A stretch of DNA of 64,000 bases from Candidatus Saccharimonadota bacterium. GTDB taxonomy: Bacteria; Patescibacteriota; Saccharimonadia; Saccharimonadales; SLHW01. The number at the start of each line of letters is the position of its first letter. Positions within the stretch are counted from its first letter, which is position 1. A program made the position numbers and the translations under genes. Shown one piece after another: positions 30,989-38,766 of this stretch. Below the pieces are notes generated by a model. The model worked only from the letters and a program-made list of their open reading frames with translations, was not told the DNA's origin and searched no databases. The stretch lies in NCBI GenBank assembly GCA_024635455.1, contig JAGXIU010000003.1, positions 290,446 through 354,445 on the forward strand. Reading direction: 5' to 3'.

Positions 30989-32305
30989 ATGATGGACGAT
31001 TCAGAGCTACAACAACAAGCAGAACAAGTCCTTCACCTGAATGCTCGTAACTCCTACACGATTCCTGCTGATCCGCTCTACCCGCATCAATGGCTTTGGG
31101 ACAGTGCTTTTATTAGTATCGGTCTACGCCATGTTGATACCGAGCGAGCCAAAAACGAACTATTAAGTTTATTTGAAGCCCAGTGGTCAAACGGCATGAT
31201 TCCTCACGTCATTCATCACGGCAAGAACAAAGGGCGTGACGGCAACATTTGGCGCAGCTGGATGAACCCGCATGCACCAGAAGCTATATCCACTAGTGGG
31301 ATAACGCAACCACCTATTCTTGCAGAGGCAGTTTTGCGTGTCGCGGACGGCCTAAAGAAACATGAACGCAAAAGCTGGCTCAAGCTGGTCTACCCAAACC
31401 TCGTTCGATACCATCAATGGCTATACACAGATAGAGATCCGCACAACGAAGGCCTCGTGTTGCAAGTACACCCATGGGAAACTGGGCTAGACAATACACC
31501 GCCTTGGATGCGTGAGTTGCACGACCATCAGCTCCCGCTTTGGATTCAAGCAGTAAAGTCTATGCGCCTGAGTCCACTATTCAACCTGTTTCGGAACGAT
31601 ACCAAGATTATCCCTGCCCACCAGCGCATGACAAGTATTGACGCTTTGGCACTGTACAGCGTTCAGCGACGCCTCCGACGCAAAAACTACGACATCAAGC
31701 GTATCCTGGCCCACTCATTGTTTGCCATAGAGGACGTAAGCTTCAACGCCATACTTCTGCGCAACAACCAGCTACTGCGCGATATTGCTGAGGAAATAAA
31801 ACAACCCCTCAGCCAGCATCTGGCCGATGACATGACGCGCACAGAATCAGCCTTCGAACAACTATGGGATCCATACTCCAGCCAGTACTACTCACGAGAA
31901 TTTGTCAGCCATCGCTTGCTTAAAGAGCCCTCAATTGGCGCCCTAATAGCTCTCTATAGCGGCACTATCCCACAAAAAAATGCAGATCAACTGGTAAAAA
32001 TGCTCGAGGACGAGCAAATGTTCGGCTCAGCGTTTCCTGTGCCCTCAGTACCAGTTGGTAGCGACTGGTTTCAAGAACACACTTATTGGCAAGGTCCGAC
32101 TTGGATTAACGCAAACTGGCTTATCATCGATGGACTCGAGCGTTACGGTTATAAAGACCACGCTGCAGCGCTCAAGCAATCAACTCTGGAGATGCTCAAA
32201 CGTCATGGCTTTTCGGAATACTTTAGTCCGCTAGATGGCTCACCGGCTGGCGCACAAAACTTCAGCTGGACCGCCGCCCTCACCCTCGACCTCCTCAACC
32301 AATAG
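30989..32305 (+). CDS. GH63-like (alpha/alpha)6 glycoside hydrolase (MGH1-like)
   Basis: YPHQWLWDSAFISIGL and WQGPTWINANW motifs. Family assignment by recall only. Confidence 0.55.
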   Translation: MMDDSELQQQAEQVLHLNARNSYTIPADPLYPHQWLWDSAFISIGLRHVDTERAKNELLSLFEAQWSNGMIPHVIHHGKNKGRDGNIWRSWMNPHAPEAISTSGITQPPILAEAVLRVADGLKKHERKSWLKLVYPNLVRYHQWLYTDRDPHNEGLVLQVHPWETGLDNTPPWMRELHDHQLPLWIQAVKSMRLSPLFNLFRNDTKIIPAHQRMTSIDALALYSVQRRLRRKNYDIKRILAHSLFAIEDVSFNAILLRNNQLLRDIAEEIKQPLSQHLADDMTRTESAFEQLWDPYSSQYYSREFVSHRLLKEPSIGALIALYSGTIPQKNADQLVKMLEDEQMFGSAFPVPSVPVGSDWFQEHTYWQGPTWINANWLIIDGLERYGYKDHAAALKQSTLEMLKRHGFSEYFSPLDGSPAGAQNFSWTAALTLDLLNQ

Positions 32306-32426
32306 CCTAATCCTATAGATTTTCTAAGGGAATTCCTGTTTTTTCTGATACTTTTTTAGCCCAGGAAACCAGCCGTTCGAATTGCGCATCACGTATCCGC
32401 TGTTCGGACTCTACTTGATCCAGACG

Positions 32427-32615
32427 CTATATAAATCCGTCAATAGTTGTTGTCAAATTATGTATCGATTGTTTAATATCTTGTATATCAGCCTCAGCTT
32501 TGGTGAACCGATCGTCCACTCGCTGCATAAAAGTCTCAAGTATTGATGATATTTCATCCGTCTGCTCGCGCAGGGCATGATTCATCTCTGCTTTCGTCAT
32601 ACTATTATTGCTCAT
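32427..32615 (-). CDS. small coiled-coil protein, hypothetical
   Basis: 62-aa ORF. TACAAT lies 6 nt before the ATG (possibly leaderless) and there is no SD. Confidence 0.4.
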   Translation of the reverse strand: MSNNSMTKAEMNHALREQTDEISSILETFMQRVDDRFTKAEADIQDIKQSIHNLTTTIDGFI

Positions 32616-32820
32616 GCAACAATTGTAGCATGTCAGTTAATCAGTTTCCCAACCACTCATGGTCAAAATTTCACTCGGTATCGAGGTTCTGCACATAGTG
32701 CTAGATTCAAATATTAGTTCAGCACAAAGTCCGTCAGTATATCCGTATATACGTAATACTTAACACGTTAACTATCCTCAATTGACTCGCTCCCTTCAAC
32801 CAAATTTTCTGATTTCTAAC

Positions 32821-32896
32821 CCCTAATTTCCAATTCCCAGCCCCTAGTTCCTAATCTTCCCTAATTCCTAATTCCCAGCCCCTAGTTCCTAGTACC
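32821..32896. repeat. 2 x 38-nt tandem repeat (ccctaatt[tc]cc[at]aattcccagcccctagttccta...)
   Basis: Read directly: 32821-32858 and 32859-32896. The 22-nt core aattcccagcccctagttccta is identical at 32832-32853 and 32870-32891. Confidence 0.85.
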
Positions 32897-32940
32897 AGGC
32901 TCAGCAAAACAGATGCCGCTCATCAGCTGTCTGGCGAATC

Positions 32941-32968
32941 AAGACGAAACCTTTCGTCTTTTTTTTAA
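32941..32968 (+). terminator. rho-independent terminator-like hairpin AAGACGAAA-cc-TTTCGTCTT + T8
   Basis: Perfect 9-bp stem followed by TTTTTTTT on the plus strand only. No annotated plus-strand gene ends nearby. Confidence 0.55.
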
Positions 32969-33139
32969 TACTTAGAAAACATGAAAAAAGACCGACCAGA
33001 GAAAGTTGTTTCGGCGCGACAGACTGGTGGCATGAGGGGCAGTCACTGTTTTTTCTGCCGCCTGCGGGACTTTTGTTACTTTTGTTCCTGCAGACAAAAG
33101 TAAGATAAAAGAATAAAGACAGAGTTCTTAGTCTATGGT

Positions 33140-33170
33140 TTCCAATCCCTAGTTCCTAGTTCCTAACCCC
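33140..33170. repeat. third, related copy of the cctagttccta motif directly after the giant-gene stop codon
   Basis: ttccaatccctagttcctagttcctaacccc abuts the stop at 33171-33173. Confidence 0.6.
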
Positions 33171-36100
33171 TTACCAATAAAACGGCCTACCTTGCTCTGC
33201 CGTATCAAACCAACGGCCATGACGTAGGAATTGCTGTGGACGTGGTGGACTGCCTAGCTCAGCAATATGCGTGTAGTTATCAAGTAGTGAGCCGCTAGAA
33301 TGCACAATGCGGAAGCAGTAGTTGCCGCCAAGAGATGTGTTGTCTTCAACAACAAAGTCCCACATTGTGGTTTGGCCGGAAAGCACAGAGTTGTTAAGAC
33401 TGAACGTATTGTCCTCAACATAGGTTTGTAGTACTGTAGTCCGTCCGTTAGTTGGGTCATCGACACTTGCATCAAACTCCATGCCGTCTTCAGTATTGGT
33501 ATTGTCAAAGTAGGTAATGTCGCCAGAGCCGGTAGACGGTGGTACGTCCTGGTAGGTGTAGCCGCTGAAGTCACTCGTGCACGTATCAGTTATCCTTGGG
33601 GCGTACTGCAGCTTGAAGTCACCTGCCATAGCGTTTTTGTCATCGACATCCATCAACATACGCAAGCGGACCGCTTGGTTGGGCTCGTCTAGATTAGCGG
33701 GAGTATTTTGATCAGTAAGTGGTAGCCCGAGTCCATCGTTTAATCGGCTATCTACAAATGTGATGTGCTTGCCATTTTCATGCCCTAAAACTAATACGTC
33801 TTCGTCGCTAGTGAAGGTGGCGGCGCGGCCGGAGCCATCAAGGACGACATTGCTGTTAGTGATGGTCGTCCAGTTGGCGGGGTCGGGGTCGGAGGAGTCG
33901 ACGAAGGTGACGTAATCGCCGCCATCGTGCCCAACCACCAGAACATTGTCATCTGATGTAAACCTGACCGTTCGTGCGTCACCAGCTAATGATATATTGT
34001 TTGTTGTCTCTATCCAATTGGCGGGGTCGGGGTCGGAGGAGTCAATCGTAACCACCCCTGCGCTAAAAGCTGCTATCGCTATAGTGTTTTCATCACCAGA
34101 GATTGCTAATAGCGTGCCAGTAGTTGCGCCTGTAATATCAATATTTCCATTCGTAATCTCTGTCCAGTTGGCAGGATTAGGGTCGGAGGAGTCGATAATC
34201 GTAAACCGTGGGGAAGTAAAGTGATGCATAACCAGTACATCATCATTGTTTAAAAAGTCGGCTGTAATTCCTCTTCCAGGCAAAGTTATGTTGCTGTTGG
34301 TGATTTCGGTCCAGTTGGCGGGGTCGGGGTCGGAGGAGTCGACGAGAGTGACGTAATCGCCGCCATCGTGCGCCAGCACCAGGGTGTTGTCGTCGCTGGT
34401 GAAGGTGGCGGCGTAGCCGGTGCCGGGGAGGCTAATATTGCTGTTGGTGATTTTGGTCCAGTTGGCGGGGTCGGGGTCGGAGGAGTCGACGAGAGTGACG
34501 CCATTACCACTGGCATGAGCAAACACCAGAGTGTTTTCGTCGCTGGTGAAGGTGGCGTCGTAGCCGGTGCCGGGGAGAAAAGCTCCGGTGCCAGGATATC
34601 TGTCCCAATCTTCGACAGTTCGTATATCTCCTCCTGACTCAAACCATCGATAATCTGCTTGCGAATAAGTTGGTGGGGGAATAGATAGCTCAGGTATAAC
34701 GCTGTAGCTATTTAGTTCGCTCCCACCAGAATCGACGATACGGAAGCAATAGGTTGCATCCCCCGGCGCGCCGTTGTCGACCAAGGAAAAATCCCAGATG
34801 CCGTAATCACCGTTGGGGATGGCGTTGGGGTTGGTAAAGTTGTTGCTCTCAACATAAGCTTGCATGACAGCGTTGCCGGAGCCGGGGTTAGGATCATCTA
34901 GACTAGGGGCGATAGGGGATCCATCCTGGATCGACTCATTTCTCGCAAACATTATATCACCGGGTGGTAGATGTTCTAAAAACCATACATCACTTACATC
35001 AGTTGTAGTAGTGCCTCCGGAAAGCCATAGCCTGCTCCCCACAGAAAGAGTATCATGCCCTATCCTTGGGTCCCATGGTGCAGAAGCTGTCTCTTCTGTC
35101 CAGTTGACACCATCCGGTGATGACCATACGTCATTTTTTTTACTATTACTATCGAATCCATCGAATCCTCCCGTCAGCCAAAGTCTGTCATTCAGTACGC
35201 TAACCTCATGGTCCTCCCGAGCGCTCCATGGTGCAGAAGCTGTCTCTTCTGTCCAGTTGACACCATCCGGTGATGACCATACGTCATTCGTCACCTGGTT
35301 ACTACCCTCCTGCCCACCTATAACAAATATTTTATTGTTGAAAACAACGGCCTGATGATTATCCCGAGTACCCCATGGTGCAGAAGCTGTCTCTTCTGTC
35401 CAGTTGACACCATTCGGTGATGACCATACGTCATTAAGGAGACTACTACCAAATCCACCTATAACAAATATCTTATCGTTGAAAACAATAACTTGGTGAT
35501 TATACCGGGCACTCCAGGGACTTGAAGTTGCCTCAGTATTCCATACAACACCGTCAGTTGAAGATGCAACATTAGAGCTCCTAGCCCCGTTATTCGCGCT
35601 TAGCGCACCTCCCACCATCCATATGCGCCCATCAAATACAACTGTGCCCGCTGATGCCCTCCCTGGAGCAGAATCAGTTTCCTGTGTCCAGTTAACGCCA
35701 TCAGATGATGACCACACATCATCAAAGTAGGTACTCCCCGACCTTCCTCCCATTACATAAAGTTTTTCATTAAAATACACCGTGCCATGACCCAGCCTGC
35801 CGCTCCAAGGAGCTGATGCAGTGGCCTCATTCCAGTCAGTATACTCACCATCGATGTCATAGACGTCCTGATAATTCTCGCCACTGAAACCGGTATCGCA
35901 GACGGTGTCAGGGCCGAGTTCAGAGTATTGCAACTTGAGGCTGGTTGAATCAGCTGGTAAGTCGCCAAGGCCGGCCGACACACTCGCCCGCAAGCGAAAC
36001 GGTGTCCCCTCCACTGGCGCCTCCACCGGCGTGTCTTGCGCCCCTAATGGAGCGCCTGCGTACACAGGGAATGGGATTACAGTTTCGATCGTAGGCGTTG

Positions 36101-38534
36101 GGCTAGTTTCTACACCGGTTGGAGACGACATACTTATGCTGGGGGTCGACTCATTGACTGTTGGAGTATTGCTGGTTGCTGTTGGAGTAGTTGTACTTCC
36201 AGTTGGACTGGAGCATTCTGTCGAACAATTCAAGATTTGGCCGAGGTTGTCAAACCTCGCAATCATAAGGTTGTAGTTTGAACCTGGGCCGTAGCTGAGA
36301 GTTCGTCCGGCCATAACAAAACCACCGTCGGAAGTCTGATCCACGCCATTACCAAAATCATTCGAGCCACCACCAAATGTTGACTCCCATAAAACATTGC
36401 CGCCTGAATCATACTTTATTAACAAGAAGTCTTCCCCGCCAGAACCGTAACTAGTCGTGCGCCCAGCAACCACGAAATCATCATTGCCCGCTTCGGTTAT
36501 TGCTAATCCTGAATCGATGCCAGAACCACCCCAAGTGCGAGCCCACACCTCGTTTCCAGAAGAGTCAAACCTCGTTACGAACAGGGCTTCAGTGCCAGGT
36601 CCAAAGCTCGATGTACGACCAGTCACCACAATATCTCCAGTGGATAGTTCAATAAGATCATAGGCGGAATCTATTCCGGCATCTCCCCATGTTTGAGACC
36701 ATAACAAATTGCCTGTACTGTCATACCTGACAAGGAACATAGCGACGGTTCCTGGTGCAAAACTTTCCGTCTGACCGGTAATAACTACATCACCGTTATT
36801 CGCCTCTATGACAGCAAGGCCGTACTCCAGGTCCGCGCCGCCCCAAGTACGAGACCACACCTCGTTTCCTGAAGAGTCAAAGCGAACAACAACCACTTCC
36901 GCACCGCCAGAGCCTAAGCTATCGCTCCACCCAGTCGCAATAAATCCTCCGTCAGATGTCTCAGTGATGGCTTCTGCCAGCTCAGCACCTGAGCCACCTG
37001 CTTCTGCCCAAGTTTTTGCCCACTGGAGAGTCCCAGCAGAATTATATTTCACAAGCAAAAGAGCGTCGCTGCCGGCGCCGTAACTCGTTGTCTCACCAGC
37101 AACTAACAATCCGTTATCACTGGTTTCAATAACATCGAAGCCGATCTCCTCGCCTGTTCCACCCCAGGTTCGAGTCCAACTTATCGTGCCATTACCGGCG
37201 TATTTGGTTAGTATCATGTCAGCGAATCCAGATGTAGGGTTAGCAAGACTATCCGTATAACCAGTTACCGCATACCCACCGTCAGAGGTAGCTACTACCC
37301 CTTGTGCTCTGTCTTCTCCTGTGCCGCCGAATGCTTCAGCGAACGTACCTGTCGTACTGCCGGGGTCATTCTCATACCACCGGTAGCTGCTCTGCTCCAG
37401 TGTGATAGCGGAGGTGTAGGTCAGATCGACAGCAACGGTGGCGATGCGGATTTCGTCGCCGCGGCCGGGGGGTGAACCGCCACCGACAACATTGCGGATC
37501 ATGCTGACTTGTAGTGAGTCAATGTCAGCCTGGGTCCAGGAGCCAGTCCAGAATACTTCGCGCCAAGCCCAGCTGCCTTGGCTTGGTGTGATCGTTTGGC
37601 TACCAAGTAGAGTGCCGTTGATGCGGGCGTCAAGAGTAACGGTGTCAACGTCAGCGCCTTGGATTGTTGTGTTGGCGTAAATGCGTAGAGTAATGTCTGT
37701 CGCCGAGTCAATATTTGCTTGGTTGGTAACGCTAAATTCGTTGGTGTAGGAGGTATTGTCCGTATTGTCACTAGCAAAGTAGGTGCCAGTGTCTGGTGCT
37801 GTAGAACCTTCGTTAACTTCCGTGTAGTGGGACGTGCCGGTGGTGGTTGGCCAGCCGGTGGTAACGTCGCTGTCAGGTACCAGCTCAGCGTTGGCAGCCT
37901 GCACGCTGAGCGCCAGGAATGGCAGAATCGCAATAGTCAAAAGAAAGCCACCAAGCGCTGGGAAGAAGTGTTGACGGTACCAGGCTTTAAGCGTAGCTGG
38001 GAGTGTGCGTAGGAATGAACGGAGTGTTGCGGGAAACGCACGCAATCTTGCTGGAGCTTGGGTTATTGCTGTACGGATAGTTCGTGGAGTGTGTTTGATG
38101 GTGAGACGAGTTGACGCGATGATACGTGTGAATGACTGCGTTAGGCTTTGACGATTGGGTATAGTACCAAGGCGTTGTTGGATTGATGAGAATATACTGC
38201 GCCAGGTTCGCTGTGAGTTTGGCGCCGATGTGTGCCGGCTGGGTTGCGAGGGAAGCTCGACTGGAGTTGAGCTATGGTTAAGTTCGTTTGCGGTGGATGA
38301 GTTGGTAGTGTCATTATCCTGAATCTCAAGATTAGGTGTAGTGTCTGCTGAGTTGTTTGGTGTGATCGGTTGTGCTGGACGAGTTGTTGGCGTGCGAGGC
38401 TCGACGCGTTGTGGTTGTTGGCGAGCGCGGGTTGGCTCGGAGCGAGGAGGCTGTATGGCATTTCTTTCTACGACTCGCACATGAATACGGGTTTGTTCTG
38501 CTGATTGGGCTGTTGAATCTTGTTTTTTTGTCAT
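33171..38534 (-). CDS. giant secreted/surface protein 1 (1787 aa) carrying SBBP-like, Kelch-like and DSSDPDPANW-type beta-propellers
   Basis: Uninterrupted 5.4-kb ORF. The ~190-aa N-terminal region is rich in P/T/Q/R and is followed by a hydrophobic anchor FFPALGGFLLTIAILPFLALSVQAANA. Repeats: 7 x (W.RTWGG) blades, 6 x Kelch-like blades (DVWSSPDGVNWTEETASAPW...IFVIGG) and 6-7 x (VTLVDSSDPDPANWT.ITN) blades. Paralog of 38767-44160. Confidence 0.9.
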   Translation of the reverse strand: MTKKQDSTAQSAEQTRIHVRVVERNAIQPPRSEPTRARQQPQRVEPRTPTTRPAQPITPNNSADTTPNLEIQDNDTTNSSTANELNHSSTPVELPSQPSRHTSAPNSQRTWRSIFSSIQQRLGTIPNRQSLTQSFTRIIASTRLTIKHTPRTIRTAITQAPARLRAFPATLRSFLRTLPATLKAWYRQHFFPALGGFLLTIAILPFLALSVQAANAELVPDSDVTTGWPTTTGTSHYTEVNEGSTAPDTGTYFASDNTDNTSYTNEFSVTNQANIDSATDITLRIYANTTIQGADVDTVTLDARINGTLLGSQTITPSQGSWAWREVFWTGSWTQADIDSLQVSMIRNVVGGGSPPGRGDEIRIATVAVDLTYTSAITLEQSSYRWYENDPGSTTGTFAEAFGGTGEDRAQGVVATSDGGYAVTGYTDSLANPTSGFADMILTKYAGNGTISWTRTWGGTGEEIGFDVIETSDNGLLVAGETTSYGAGSDALLLVKYNSAGTLQWAKTWAEAGGSGAELAEAITETSDGGFIATGWSDSLGSGGAEVVVVRFDSSGNEVWSRTWGGADLEYGLAVIEANNGDVVITGQTESFAPGTVAMFLVRYDSTGNLLWSQTWGDAGIDSAYDLIELSTGDIVVTGRTSSFGPGTEALFVTRFDSSGNEVWARTWGGSGIDSGLAITEAGNDDFVVAGRTTSYGSGGEDFLLIKYDSGGNVLWESTFGGGSNDFGNGVDQTSDGGFVMAGRTLSYGPGSNYNLMIARFDNLGQILNCSTECSSPTGSTTTPTATSNTPTVNESTPSISMSSPTGVETSPTPTIETVIPFPVYAGAPLGAQDTPVEAPVEGTPFRLRASVSAGLGDLPADSTSLKLQYSELGPDTVCDTGFSGENYQDVYDIDGEYTDWNEATASAPWSGRLGHGTVYFNEKLYVMGGRSGSTYFDDVWSSSDGVNWTQETDSAPGRASAGTVVFDGRIWMVGGALSANNGARSSNVASSTDGVVWNTEATSSPWSARYNHQVIVFNDKIFVIGGFGSSLLNDVWSSPNGVNWTEETASAPWGTRDNHQAVVFNNKIFVIGGQEGSNQVTNDVWSSPDGVNWTEETASAPWSAREDHEVSVLNDRLWLTGGFDGFDSNSKKNDVWSSPDGVNWTEETASAPWDPRIGHDTLSVGSRLWLSGGTTTTDVSDVWFLEHLPPGDIMFARNESIQDGSPIAPSLDDPNPGSGNAVMQAYVESNNFTNPNAIPNGDYGIWDFSLVDNGAPGDATYCFRIVDSGGSELNSYSVIPELSIPPPTYSQADYRWFESGGDIRTVEDWDRYPGTGAFLPGTGYDATFTSDENTLVFAHASGNGVTLVDSSDPDPANWTKITNSNISLPGTGYAATFTSDDNTLVLAHDGGDYVTLVDSSDPDPANWTEITNSNITLPGRGITADFLNNDDVLVMHHFTSPRFTIIDSSDPNPANWTEITNGNIDITGATTGTLLAISGDENTIAIAAFSAGVVTIDSSDPDPANWIETTNNISLAGDARTVRFTSDDNVLVVGHDGGDYVTFVDSSDPDPANWTTITNSNVVLDGSGRAATFTSDEDVLVLGHENGKHITFVDSRLNDGLGLPLTDQNTPANLDEPNQAVRLRMLMDVDDKNAMAGDFKLQYAPRITDTCTSDFSGYTYQDVPPSTGSGDITYFDNTNTEDGMEFDASVDDPTNGRTTVLQTYVEDNTFSLNNSVLSGQTTMWDFVVEDNTSLGGNYCFRIVHSSGSLLDNYTHIAELGSPPRPQQFLRHGRWFDTAEQGRPFYW
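35073..35436. repeat. intragenic near-perfect 64-nt repeats (Kelch-like blades), period ~150 nt
   Basis: ccatggtgcagaagctgtctcttctgtccagttgacaccatccggtgatgaccatacgtcatt at 35073 and 35226 (identical) and at 35373 (1 mismatch). Confidence 0.9.
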
Positions 38535-38675
38535 AAGAAACGAAACGCCACTACCCTCACGTAAGATTGTCCTTACGGTTACCTACTTAGTATGCCAAAT
38601 GACCTCTGAAAAAACAAGCAAAATAAGCAATATTTGTGAATGTGGACTAAGCTGCCACTACAAGTAGCTTTGGCT

Positions 38676-38705
38676 AAACCCGACACACTGTAGTATGTCG
38701 GGTTT
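38676..38705 (-). terminator. hairpin AAACCCGACA-N10-TGTCGGGTTT downstream of giant gene 2 and upstream of giant gene 1
   Basis: Perfect 10-bp stem. An identical copy lies at 44314-44343. No long U-tract, so terminator function is only inferred. Confidence 0.45.
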
Positions 38706-38766
38706 AGCGGAGGTGTTAGATGTGTTAGTTAAGTTAGTTCAAGTCCCTGACCCTTAGTTTTGGAGC

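Noticed and set aside
32970-33140. Possible RNase P RNA, tmRNA or 6S RNA in the large spacer
   Set aside because: I could not find the conserved GAGGAAAGUCC-type RNase P box, a tRNA-like T-arm with CCA end, or any other diagnostic element. Only weak hairpins are present.
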